From an uncultured delta proteobacterium (lineage in GTDB: Bacteria > Desulfobacterota > Desulfomonilia > UBA1062): a stretch of DNA of 64,000 nt. The stretch spans positions 185,222 through 249,221 of the forward strand of contig CAVVYZ010000013.1 in NCBI GenBank assembly GCA_963752595.1, written 5' to 3'. Every line of letters starts with the position of its first letter. Positions within the stretch are counted from its first letter, which is position 1. Shown here piece by piece: positions 21,134 through 31,236 of the stretch. Under the pieces are notes generated by a model, which saw nothing but the letters and a program-made list of their open reading frames with translations, was not told where the DNA came from and ran no database searches. The translations under genes and the position numbers were made by a program.

Positions 21134-23125
21134 ATGAATTTCTTGGGTCATGATCTGATACGGATGGTGGTGGAGTTTTTCTCGGGAGGGATTCGGGAAG
21201 ATCACGATCTTGAGGTTCGTCTCCGGATCAGGGTCATCAATATCATCAGCGCCATCGCCATCCTGGTCCTCACGTTCTTCGGGTTGACCGCCCTTGAAAA
21301 AGGGAAGTTGCCGCTGGGTTATTTTGACCTTTCCGTCGCGCTCATCTTCCTCATCACCCAAATTTATTTGAGAAAGACTGGAAATTACAATCATGTCAAA
21401 TACTTCTGGGTCATCTCCACGGGTGTCCTGTTTGTCTATCTTTTCAATACCGGGGGGATAGAGCATACCGGTCACCTCTGGGCTTACATCTTCCCCTTGG
21501 TTGCCGCTTTCCTTTTAGGCGCCAGGAAGGGGGCCATGGCCATCTCCGCTTTGCTGGCCGGCGTGATCGTATTGTGGCTGGTGGATCTTTTCCAGGGAAC
21601 GGCCGTTTACTCAATCAATCTGGTCGCCAGATTCCTGATTTCCTTTTCCATTATTTCCTTTTCCGCATGTTATTACGAACACTTCCGAAATGAAACCCTG
21701 CAAAAGCTCGAAACCAGCAACCTCGAGCTGGACAGGCAGATCGCCAAACTGAAACAGGCGGAAGGGGCGCTGAAGAAAAATCAGGAAGAGCTGGAAAGGC
21801 GGGTGGAAGATCGGACAAGGGAGCTCATCGAGTCAAATGAAGAGCTGCAGAGGGAAATAGCCGAGCATCTGAATACCGGGGAATTGCTTCGCGCCAGCGA
21901 GGAGAAGTACCGCCTCGTTTTTGATAACTCCTTCGATGTCGTCTTTTCGCTGGACGATCAGTTCAGGATGGTCAGCATCTCCCCGTCGGTGGAGAGAATC
22001 CTCGGCTACAAACCGGAGGAGATGATCGGACGGGATCTCATCGAATTGAATGTGCTCCCCTCCGGATACGTAAAAAAGGCCTTCACGCAGATCACGGAGG
22101 TGTTGGGAGGCGAGTCGATCTCTGCGTCCGATTATGAGCTGATTGCCAAAGACGGGACGGTCCTGATCGTTCAAATCAGCGGAGCCCCCATCCGTAAGCA
22201 GGGGAAGGTGGTGGGCATGAGTTCCATCGGACGCGATATCACCACCCAGAAGAAGGCCGAGGAAGTGCTTCGCCAGGCCCATGATGAACTTGAAATACGG
22301 GTTCACCAAAGAACGAGGGAATTGAAGACGGCAAACGAAGCCCTGGAAACCGCCAATCGGGTCAAGAGCGATTTTCTGGCGAACATGAGCCATGAGCTGC
22401 GGACGCCGTTGAACCATATCATGGGGTTTACGGAACTGGTGGCGAATAAACATTTCGGGGAGCTCAACGCGGTGCAGGAGGAATACCTGAGAGACGTGCT
22501 GCAAAGCAGCCATCATCTGCTTTCCCTGATTAACGACATTCTGGATCTTTCCAAGGTGGAGGCCGGAAAGCTCGATCTCAAAACTGCCGAGATTCGGCTT
22601 GGGCCGCTTCTGGAGAATAGCCTGGCCATGGTCGAGGCGCAGGCCGGAAAGGGCAGAATCCGGCTCCTGACGGAGATTGAAGACAATCCCGATACGATCC
22701 AGGCGGACGAACGCAAGCTGAAACAGATTGTTTACAATCTTCTTTCGAATGCGGTGAAGTTCACGCCGGATGGGGGAGAGGTGACCCTCTCGGCCCGTTA
22801 TCTCACCTACAGGGATGACCGTTGGTTCACCCGGGAGGGGCAGCCAGTCGGGTTGCCGTGGGACAGGGATGACCTCCCGGTCCACTGCGAAAGATGGGTG
22901 CATATTTCGGTCCGGGATACAGGGATAGGCATCAAGGGTGAAGACCTGAAGCGGATATTTAATCCCTTCGAACAGGTTGACCATTCGCTGAGCCGTCGCT
23001 ATCAGGGTACGGGGCTGGGTCTTTCCGTGAGCCGTAAACTGGCGGAGTTGCATGGGGGGAAGATCTGGGCCGAGAGCGATGGAGCAGGCAAGGGAAGCCG
23101 GTTCAGTTTTGTCATGCCGATATAG
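21134..23125 (+). CDS. Membrane PAS-domain sensor histidine kinase
   Basis: Multiple N-terminal TM helices, a PAS domain, H-box FLANMSHELRTPLN, N-box NLLSNAVKFT, and G-boxes DTGIGI and GTGLGL. Confidence 0.93.
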   Translation: MNFLGHDLIRMVVEFFSGGIREDHDLEVRLRIRVINIISAIAILVLTFFGLTALEKGKLPLGYFDLSVALIFLITQIYLRKTGNYNHVKYFWVISTGVLFVYLFNTGGIEHTGHLWAYIFPLVAAFLLGARKGAMAISALLAGVIVLWLVDLFQGTAVYSINLVARFLISFSIISFSACYYEHFRNETLQKLETSNLELDRQIAKLKQAEGALKKNQEELERRVEDRTRELIESNEELQREIAEHLNTGELLRASEEKYRLVFDNSFDVVFSLDDQFRMVSISPSVERILGYKPEEMIGRDLIELNVLPSGYVKKAFTQITEVLGGESISASDYELIAKDGTVLIVQISGAPIRKQGKVVGMSSIGRDITTQKKAEEVLRQAHDELEIRVHQRTRELKTANEALETANRVKSDFLANMSHELRTPLNHIMGFTELVANKHFGELNAVQEEYLRDVLQSSHHLLSLINDILDLSKVEAGKLDLKTAEIRLGPLLENSLAMVEAQAGKGRIRLLTEIEDNPDTIQADERKLKQIVYNLLSNAVKFTPDGGEVTLSARYLTYRDDRWFTREGQPVGLPWDRDDLPVHCERWVHISVRDTGIGIKGEDLKRIFNPFEQVDHSLSRRYQGTGLGLSVSRKLAELHGGKIWAESDGAGKGSRFSFVMPI

Positions 23126-23371
23126 TGCGGACTGTGCCTGCCTTCTTCCATGAACGTATGCGGTATCATCGCTGATGAAGGGACCGTGATACGGCCGTTT
23201 CAAATCCCGGACGCCCGCAGGGTCTTGGAGCGGGCTTTCTTCGAATGCATGCAGAAGCGCCGGTCCGGGACCCCAGGCGTAGGTGAGTTGTTCGAGCAGG
23301 AACCGTTCAAGTCGTCACCGGGTAAAATAGAAAACAAGTTTTTTACAGAGAAACAAACATCGGGAGAACCT

Positions 23372-24220
23372 ATGAAACTGCTTACCTACCAGACGGACAA
23401 AGGGCCGCGCGTCGCTGTTCTCACCAAAGCAGGCGTGGAGGATGTCGTCCCCGAGACGGGCGACGCCTATAATATTATCGCCGCAGGCGGCACACCCAAG
23501 ACCAGCGGCAAGCCAAAACCCCTCGTTTCGTTGAAACTGCTCGCCCCCATCGCCGAGCTCAAACGGCCGGTCATCGCCGTCGGTCTCAACTACAAGAAGC
23601 ACTCAGACGAGGGCGCCCGCAAGCACGGCCTGCGGAAAGTGGGCGAATACCCGAAGGATCCTGTTTTCTTCTGCAAATGGTCCGGCTCGCACAACAGGCA
23701 CGAGGGCGAGATCGTCCACCACGCGATCACGCGGGAACTCGATTACGAGTGCGAGCTGGTCATCGTTATCGGCAAGCAGGGGATCAACATCCCCAAAGAC
23801 CGGGCCATGGACCACGTGTATGGCTACACAATCATGAACGAGGTTTCGGCCCGCGACGTCCAGCGTCGCCACACCCAGTGGTTCAAGGGCAAAGGTTTGG
23901 ACACCTTCGGTCCGTTGGGTCCGTGGATCGTCACCAAGGACGAGACCGGCGATGGCAACAACCTTGCCGTCCAGAGCCGTGTGAACGGCGAGATAAGACA
24001 GAACTCCAACACCAGCGACATGATTTTCGACATCGCCACCATTGTCTCGGTCCTTTCGGAGGGCTTCACCCTCTTACCGGGCGACCTCATCGCCACGGGT
24101 ACGCCCGAGGGGGTGGGCTTCGCGATGACCCCCCCCAGAACCATGAATCCGGGGGATGTCGTCGAGTGCGAGATAGAGAACATCGGTGTGCTGCGCAACC
24201 ACGTCGTCGCACCGAAATGA
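23372..24220 (+). CDS. Fumarylacetoacetate hydrolase family protein
   Basis: VGLNYKKH, PVFFCK, LDYECEL, GYTIMNEVSARD, KGLDTFGPLGP, PGDLIATGTPEGVG. Start ATG 23372 follows GGAG. Confidence 0.9.
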   Translation: MKLLTYQTDKGPRVAVLTKAGVEDVVPETGDAYNIIAAGGTPKTSGKPKPLVSLKLLAPIAELKRPVIAVGLNYKKHSDEGARKHGLRKVGEYPKDPVFFCKWSGSHNRHEGEIVHHAITRELDYECELVIVIGKQGINIPKDRAMDHVYGYTIMNEVSARDVQRRHTQWFKGKGLDTFGPLGPWIVTKDETGDGNNLAVQSRVNGEIRQNSNTSDMIFDIATIVSVLSEGFTLLPGDLIATGTPEGVGFAMTPPRTMNPGDVVECEIENIGVLRNHVVAPK

Positions 24221-24285
24221 AAGCGGCGGTCAGTTGGTCTGCCGTCAATCCTGAAGGTGACCCCTTTATCAAGACAATGGTGATC

Positions 24286-24343
24286 ATCGGAGGACCATGG
24301 GCAGTTGGGGAACGGTATACCCACCCATGTCCTCCGATTTTTT
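24286..24343 (+). terminator. Long hairpin with T-tract downstream of the FAH gene
   Basis: ATCGGAGGA-C-CATGGG...CCCATG-TCCTCCGAT followed by TTTTT. Confidence 0.55.
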
Positions 24344-24519
24344 CATCCAGCTTGCGCTTGTAGTAATGACCTACCAATCAGCCTCTACTTTACCCGCATT
24401 GATTTTCAATATTCCTTCCATTAGTTTTTTACAAAACCAGGGAGCCCGATGAATCTTCTCGAAGGGCTGTATGAGGTGTGACACGCTCCTTTATTCAGGA
24501 ACTATAGGGAGGAAACCAA

Positions 24520-24738
24520 ATGGGAAGATCGCCTTATTCAAGATGTTCACGCTGTGGCGGCAATATGGTCCAGGAAAGTTTTTTTGGTCTCGATGAGCAG
24601 TTTACGGGATTGAAATGCGTGATCTGCGGGGAGGTCATCGATCCGGTGATCTTAAAGAACAGGCGCTTGATGGAAGCCGGTCAGGTGACGATCCTTCCGA
24701 AAGAGAGAAGGGCGGCGTCGGAATATATCCACGCATAA
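24520..24738 (+). CDS. Small zinc-ribbon protein
   Basis: CSRCGG...CVICGEVIDPVI, with a strong GGAGG RBS. Confidence 0.75.
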   Translation: MGRSPYSRCSRCGGNMVQESFFGLDEQFTGLKCVICGEVIDPVILKNRRLMEAGQVTILPKERRAASEYIHA

Positions 24739-24843
24739 AGACCCCGCGGCCGGACCAAAGGCAGGGAGAAACCTTTCCGGTCCATTAGGAATACCGGCCA
24801 TTTCATACATGGGGGCGAGTGGACGGGGAAGGGTCTTCTTCGG

Positions 24844-26586
24844 TCACTTCGCGCGCTTCGCTTTCTCAGCCTTGCAGGACTTCAATCTCCCGATGAGCTG
24901 CCCGTATTCCAGCGTGTTCAGCACGTCCTTTTTTTCCAGCCAGCCCCGCCGCGCGACGGAAACGCCGTAGATCATGAAGTCATACTGGCTGATGACGTGC
25001 ATGTCGGTACTGATGACGAACGAGATGCCGTACTCTTTCGCCAGCTTGACCTGCGCGTCGTTCAGGTCGAGCCGCAGGGGATAGGCGTTGATCTCCATGG
25101 CCACGCCGCACCGTGCCGCCTCTTTGAGCACAGCCTCCAGATCGACATCGTAGGCGTCGCGCTCGCCGATGAGCCGGCCCGTAGGATGGGCGATCACGCT
25201 CACGCAGGGGTTCCTGATCGCCGACAGGAGCCGTTTCGTGATCTGTTCCCGCGGTTGTTTGAAGCCCGAGTGGATGGACGCCACAACGATGTCCAGGCTT
25301 GCAAGTGCGTCGTCGGACAAGTCGAGCCTGCCGTCCGACCGGATGTCAACCTCTGTCCCTTTCAAGAGGGTGAAGCCCGCATGCCTCCTGTTTGTTTCGT
25401 CGATGAGTTTGATTTCTTCTGCGAGCCGCGCCTCGTCGAGGCCGTGGGCGATGCCGAGCCCCTTGCTGTGGTCGGTGATCGCGATGTACCGGTAGCCCCG
25501 CTTCCGTGCCCCCTCCACGATGGCGTCCAGGTCGTGGCTTCCGTCGGACCACTTCGTGTGGACGTGGAGATCGCCCTTGATGTCCCCGATCGTCACGAGG
25601 TCGGGAAGGGTTCCCTTTTCGGCGGCCTCGATCTCCCCCGTGTCTTCCCTCAGCTCGGGCGGGACAAACGGCAACTGAAGGGCCTTGTAAACGTCCGCTT
25701 CTTTTTCCCCGCCGATCTTCTTTTCTTCGGGCTCCGTGAACACGCCGTACTCGTTGATCTTGAGCCCGGCGCGCACCGCCCTTTCGCGGAGCTTGATGTT
25801 GTGCTGCTTGTTGCCGGTGAAGTACTGGAGGGCGGCGCCGAAGGAATCCTCCTCCACGACGCGCAGATCCACCTGGATGCCGTCCTCGGCGATGATCGAT
25901 GATTTCGTCGGCCCCTGGGCGAGGATGCGGCTGACGTGCGGGAGTTTCACGAAGGCCTCCATGACCTCTTCGGGCCGCCGGGAAGTACAGAGGATATCGA
26001 TGTCGTTCACCGTCTCCTTCCACCGCCTGATGCTCCCGGCAACCACGATCTGGCCGACGGACGCCCCGTCCCTGACCCGTCTGACGATGTCCTCGGCGAG
26101 GGGCAGCACCCTGCCGAGCGGACGGCGCTCGCTCCCGCGTTTGATCAGCTCTATTCCCTGCAATATATTTTCTTCGGTTTTCTTCTGGATGCCCGGCAGG
26201 CCGGCGAGTTCCCCGGCGCGCGTGGCGGCTTCCAGTTCCTCGATGCCCGTGATCTTCTTTTTTTCGTAGAGCAATTTGGCCGTCTTCGGCCCGAGGCCGG
26301 GCACGCGCAGCAGTTCGAGCACGCCTGCGGGGATTTCCTTCTTCAACTCCTCGTGCTTGGCCACTTTCCCCGTCGCAAGGTACTCGTGAATCTTTCCCGT
26401 GAGGTCCTTTCCGATACCGGGGATCGCCGCCAGCTCCTCCTCGGACATGTCGGCAAGATCCCTGGGAAGCCCGTCGATGTTCTGGGCGGCCCGGCGATAC
26501 GCCCTGACCCGGAAGATGTTTTCTTCCTTGAGTTCGAGAAGCTCTGCAATCTCGGTGAATATTTTCGCAATCTGCCGGTTTTTCAT
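24844..26586 (-). CDS. polX: DNA polymerase X / PHP 3'-5' exonuclease
   Basis: N-terminal FRVRAYRRAA, HhH motifs IPGIGK and VPGLGPK, AGSIRR, catalytic DID and QVDLRV, YFTG, and PHP motifs DLHVHT..SDG, ITDHS, IAHPTGR. Confidence 0.95.
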   Translation of the reverse strand: MKNRQIAKIFTEIAELLELKEENIFRVRAYRRAAQNIDGLPRDLADMSEEELAAIPGIGKDLTGKIHEYLATGKVAKHEELKKEIPAGVLELLRVPGLGPKTAKLLYEKKKITGIEELEAATRAGELAGLPGIQKKTEENILQGIELIKRGSERRPLGRVLPLAEDIVRRVRDGASVGQIVVAGSIRRWKETVNDIDILCTSRRPEEVMEAFVKLPHVSRILAQGPTKSSIIAEDGIQVDLRVVEEDSFGAALQYFTGNKQHNIKLRERAVRAGLKINEYGVFTEPEEKKIGGEKEADVYKALQLPFVPPELREDTGEIEAAEKGTLPDLVTIGDIKGDLHVHTKWSDGSHDLDAIVEGARKRGYRYIAITDHSKGLGIAHGLDEARLAEEIKLIDETNRRHAGFTLLKGTEVDIRSDGRLDLSDDALASLDIVVASIHSGFKQPREQITKRLLSAIRNPCVSVIAHPTGRLIGERDAYDVDLEAVLKEAARCGVAMEINAYPLRLDLNDAQVKLAKEYGISFVISTDMHVISQYDFMIYGVSVARRGWLEKKDVLNTLEYGQLIGRLKSCKAEKAKRAK

Positions 26587-26769
26587 GATGCCCTCCGGTC
26601 AATTGAGTTTCACCCGCCGTGAGCACGAGGAGAGAAAAAGGGAGCGATGGGTCCCCTGACGGCGAGCACTGCCTTAGCCGATCGGGAAATCAGCCGAAGC
26701 AGTGAATCGGTGCCGAAGGCAGGATTATACAATGAAAAGGAGGGTAAAGCATGTAATAAATGAAGGGTG

Positions 26770-27162
26770 TCAGTATCCGTAAGCTGCATTTTCCTGCAGC
26801 GGATCGGCTGTTGTTCCTGAAATGAACCGCCTCAGCCGCTCCAGGGAAAAAGGCTTTTCAAAAACACTTACCGGATATTTTTTTTCCTCCTCCAGGAGGG
26901 GCGCCTGGAAAGGGCTGATATCCCCGGTCATGTAAATGGTCTGTATCATCGGATCATGGGTCCTGATGCACTTCATCATTTCCAAACCGTTTTTCCCGGG
27001 CATTTGGATATCGGTAATAACAAGATCGGGCTCAAAGAGAAGATAGGCCGAATACCCATCGATGCCGTCCTTCGCGGTCATGACTTCGCAGCCTTCATGC
27101 TCCAGTACCTCCTGAAGCGTGGAAGCCAGAAGGTGATTGTCATCAACGACCAATACTTTCAT
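26770..27162 (-). CDS. Single-domain response regulator
   Basis: KVLVVDD, PDLVITDIQMP, YMTG, EKP. Start ATG 27162 follows AGGAG. Confidence 0.88.
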   Translation of the reverse strand: MKVLVVDDNHLLASTLQEVLEHEGCEVMTAKDGIDGYSAYLLFEPDLVITDIQMPGKNGLEMMKCIRTHDPMIQTIYMTGDISPFQAPLLEEEKKYPVSVFEKPFSLERLRRFISGTTADPLQENAAYGY

Positions 27163-27520
27163 GATTTTTTCTCCTTCCGCAGATTCCGGCATTTACCCGT
27201 GAGGAAAGGACATGCCACGCGCCGTGGATGATCGAAGCGCTCGGCCAGAGAATGAAAGGGCATCTTTCCCCAATGACGGTTTTGCCGGGAATCCGGTTTC
27301 TGCTTCATTTGATAGACACTATGGTAAGGATGGAGAAGAAATACAATGATGATAAATTGTTAGACAATTGGTAGGGGATAACTACCAGGCGGCTCATCCC
27401 GGTGAGAGCGCATTCGGAGCCAACCGTTCCTTAGATAAAGCAAAACCGTCTGCCGGAACGGTCATCCCCAGGCTCAGGAAAAAGAGTGGTTGAAGCTAAA
27501 CAGGTTGGGATAATATTTCC

Positions 27521-27549
27521 TTGACACGAAAGACACCGTTTCGTACCAT
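27521..27549 (+). promoter_or_regulatory. sigma70-type promoter
   Basis: TTGACA-17 bp-TACCAT. Confidence 0.6.
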
Positions 27550-27626
27550 CAACATACTCATAAAGGCGTTCTTGTCAATCCAATTACCTCTCAATGCCAT
27601 TATAGGCTTTCGATGGAGGTTCCCTC

Positions 27627-28463
27627 ATGGACACACGACCAAAAACACCCGTCAAGAAGGTCCTGATCATCACCCTGATCATCGTTTTGGGATTGGCGGC
27701 ATACGTATATTGGAGCCGGGGAAGGGACGAGTCGCGTCCGGTCGGAGAGACAACCGAAAAGGGAAAAACGGCGGCAGGCGCAGGCTCCGCCGTCCAAGTC
27801 CCGCCCGAGGTGAAAACGCCGGGTGCGGGCCTCACGCCGGCGGCGAACGTTTGCCGGGAGAGCCGGGAAAAGCTGCAGGGGCTTTTCGCCTACCTCGACC
27901 GGCAGGACTATGTCGCGTCCCGTCAATTGAAGGGAGGGACCTCCGAACATTTCAGGGACCTCCTGGACCGTTTGCTCAAGACGCCGCCGTTCGTGCTGCG
28001 GGAGACGGACAGCCTTGTGCAGGTTGTCCAGAACAGGGCGCACTTCTTCCGGGTTTTGGGAAAGAAGGACACCCTGCTGCTGCGGGAAATGCTCCTGAAG
28101 GAAGGCGATATCTTGGAGTCTTCCTTCGCGATTCTCTACCAGGCTTTGACTCTGCAGGAGAAGTGCAAAGCGGACGGCGCCGCGCTCCATTTACCCCTGC
28201 CGGATGTCTACCCCTACGCGGTGTTCTTCCTCAACACCCTGGGCGGCACAGCCTACCTGATGCGACGGGACTCCCGGGCGAGGATGCTGGCCCAGTACTA
28301 CTGCATTCTCATCCTCGATCAGGCCAACCAACACGGCCTCAACAAACTGGGGTTCGACATCCGCCCGCCGCTCGAAGCCCTGAAGCGGGATCTCAAAGAC
28401 GCGGCAAACCTGACCCGCAAAGAGGAATACATCGAGACCCTGAAGAGCATCAGGGTCAAATGA
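27627..28463 (+). CDS. Hypothetical N-terminally membrane-anchored protein
   Basis: GGAGG RBS, KK followed by a hydrophobic helix, and an all-helical-looking soluble domain. Codon style matches the host. Confidence 0.7.
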   Translation: MDTRPKTPVKKVLIITLIIVLGLAAYVYWSRGRDESRPVGETTEKGKTAAGAGSAVQVPPEVKTPGAGLTPAANVCRESREKLQGLFAYLDRQDYVASRQLKGGTSEHFRDLLDRLLKTPPFVLRETDSLVQVVQNRAHFFRVLGKKDTLLLREMLLKEGDILESSFAILYQALTLQEKCKADGAALHLPLPDVYPYAVFFLNTLGGTAYLMRRDSRARMLAQYYCILILDQANQHGLNKLGFDIRPPLEALKRDLKDAANLTRKEEYIETLKSIRVK

Positions 28464-28673
28464 CATCACCGGACAAACCCTCTTTCACTATTTTTGACAG
28501 CTGATCCGGCAGATGACGAATCCGCCGGGTCTGAGGCGGCAGGGATAATCTACCATTGTTTTGACCTACCATTTTCCTTCCGATGGTTCCTTATTGCCTT
28601 CCATCGATCGGTTCAGTACGGTTCGCTCAGTTAAGACAATGGGAAATGATCGACTAACCCAAGGGAGGACAAC

Positions 28674-28859
28674 ATGACGGAAGTAACGGTTGATGACACC
28701 TGTATTGCGTGCGGAACCTGTGTGGAAATCTGCCCGGAAGTATTTGAGCTCGAGGGTGATATTGCCTCGGTGAAAAATGGTGCTGATCTGTCTATGGATG
28801 AGAAAATCATCGAGGCAGCGGAAGCATGTCCCGTGGAGGCAATTCATTTTGAAAAGTAA
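28674..28859 (+). CDS. Single-cluster [4Fe-4S] ferredoxin
   Basis: CIACGTCVEICPEVF...EAAEACPVEAI, acidic 61 aa, GGAGG RBS. Confidence 0.93.
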   Translation: MTEVTVDDTCIACGTCVEICPEVFELEGDIASVKNGADLSMDEKIIEAAEACPVEAIHFEK

Positions 28860-28888
28860 GCATGTATACAAAACCCGTCCCGCCTGTG

Positions 28889-31236
28889 TTACGGCTCCTG
28901 GAATTGGTGGGTGTCCACCCATTCCTGCTTGAGGACCGTCCACCAGTCGATGGCGAGGTGGTGCAGGACATACTCGTAAGGTAGCCAGCCGTAGCCTCCC
29001 TCTCCCCACCCCCTGCCCCAGGAATTCCGGATCAGGACAGCCCCTTTCGTTTCCAGATCCGAGAAGGGGTGGCGGATGACGAGATTGTCGTCGTAGCCCA
29101 CGGCGGCGACGGCGTGTCCCCCTTCGCGACGGTCGGTCTTGACGGGGAAGGGGATCTGTCCCGTCTTCGCCGCGCTGCCGATGGAGCCGAACACCGTAAA
29201 TCCGAACATCGCGGGGACGCCCCGATACAGATTCATCTTGATCTGCCTAAGCAGCTCCGGGCGGGTCGTCCGGGCGGCGTCCAGGCGAAAATAGGTCAGT
29301 GTCTGGTAGCTCTGGGCGAAGGAGTAGCAGAAGGCCGAAGGCTCCACGTCCACGTTGGCCTGATCGTAGGGGAAGTACTCCTCCGGGGGAACGCCAAATA
29401 GAACCATCGCTTCCATCGTCGTACGCAGGTAGGCCCCCGTGTCGCCCGTCCAATTGAGGAGGTTGCGGGTTGCCTTGTAGAGAAAGAGCCGCGAGATATC
29501 GATATAGCTTCCGAAGGCCCGCCGTTCGTAGTATTCGATCAGGGCCGCCGCCGCATGGGCCGTGCAGGCGCCGAGCTCTCCCTGGTCTTCGACCGGTGAG
29601 CACCACCGCCGCAGATCGACGGATACCGGCAAAGCCGAAGCCGCCGCAACCCCTTCCTTAATTGCGTTCGCATGCCCTTTGGCATTGCCGCTTCCACCGA
29701 TCTGCCCCATCATGCCCTTCACGGTCTGTTGGCGGTTCAGGCGTTGGAGATGCCGGGGGACGATGTCCGTTTCCATGGTGTGGTCCCGATGGTCGGGGAG
29801 ATCGGGAAGCCAGCCGAGCCTGCGGCGCAGCTTCTCCTCGGCGGCGGGGGTCACAACGGCGGTGGGGCGCTCCGGCCGGATGCGAAGCGTTTCCGGGAGG
29901 ATCGGCTGGAGGAATTTCCGCGTATTGACCGTCATCAGTGTCTCCAGATCGGCGGTGCCGAAGAGATCCCGAAAGGCGGCGAAATACCCCTCCAGACTCA
30001 GCACCTTCGTCAGGGACGAAACAACGAAATCCGTCCCGAAGAGCAGTCGATCCCGGATGATCCCGCCCCGGCTCCAGATCTCCCACGACTCCGTCGGTTC
30101 TCGGCGTCCGTATAGCAGGCCAGGTCGGCAAAGACGCTCGGATAGCCGGTCATCAGCTCCAGGATCTGCCGGGTCCACTCCGGATCGCCGTTGCCGAAGT
30201 GGGCGAAATCGAGGCGGAGGGTGGGATGTTTCTCCAGAACCGCCTGCCAATGACTGGGGGTTGCATAGCCGGCATATTCCCAGTCCGACCCGGGCGGGAA
30301 GCCTCCGGCGCTCGTGTGGACGGTGATGGGGATCTGGTTTGCGTCACAGTAGCGGTACAGTTCATCCGGAACATTCTCGGGCAGGTATCCGAGCCTGGTA
30401 TAGAGCTTGACGCCGAAGAACGGTCCCCGGGGGGTGACCAGGGGCCTGCCGTCGTTTAATTCGGGGATCCCGCGGACGGCCATATCGACCACGCCGCGCC
30501 GGCGGGGATCGACGGCGAAGAAGGGAAACACCGATCCCGTCCGCCTTTCCTGAAGTCCGATCAGGGCCTCGATCTGGTTCTTGAAGCCCCGCGATATCTC
30601 CCGTCCGGAGGTGAGGCCTCTCATGACGCCTTTCTCCGTCTTCTTGCTTCTCGCCTCCCGGAAGATCCGGTCGATCTCCGCTGCCGAGACAGCTGCCGCC
30701 CGTTCGGCTTTCAGGGAAACGTAGACTCCCGCGGGGCGGCCTTTCGCCTTGGGTGCCCCTCTCTTTGCGGCCAGGGCGGTGATCCGTTCCCGGAACCGCT
30801 CGAAGGCCGCTTCGCTGGCTTCCCTCTCTTCGGTATCGCGCAGGCGTTTTCTCCCCCTCATCGACCGCCCTGTTTTCACTTCCTGCACAGGCCCGCCGGC
30901 GGGAGGTCCGAACATATAGTATATATCCATCATCAGGGGCGCGACGACCAATTCCTCTCCTGGGGGAAGGTTCAGTCCCTTGCGGCAGGCCTCCGCAAGG
31001 CTTTGGTAGTTCGCTTCATAGCTGCTCACGGCGGCGCCGAGGTCGAAGAACCACTTGACGATATCCTCCAGACGGCTCCAGGAGAACAGCGATTCGGCTG
31101 CCGGCGCGGCCTTGGTAACGGCTTCGGCATGGGGGTAATTGCCGGTGACATAGGCCCATCCCATGGCGGCCGCCTCTTCGACGACATACCTCGCGCTGAA
31201 AAGGTGGCAATGGGCATCGATCGGTTTTTGGGTCAT
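28889..31236 (-). CDS. Amidohydrolase-family domain fused to a papain-like C1A cysteine peptidase (one frameshift near 30100)
   Basis: N-part: IDAHCH, FFAVDPRR, GVKLY, ITVHT, DFAHFG, ADL. After the indel, LLFGTDF...NTRKFL runs in frame into GWLPDLPDHRD, VDLR, DQGELGACT, GGHAV and IRNSWG. Confidence 0.75.

Noticed and set aside
24844-26586. polX as part of an NHEJ or defence locus
   Set aside because: No Ku, LigD, nuclease or other defence genes are adjacent. Stand-alone PolX-PHP is common.
27275-27456. Inverted GCAAAACCGTC copies, suggestive of a c-di-GMP riboswitch or a sigma54 promoter
   Set aside because: The GEMM P1/P2 pattern is absent and the GG-GC spacing is 11 rather than 10. It would fit only if a T-run were miscalled.
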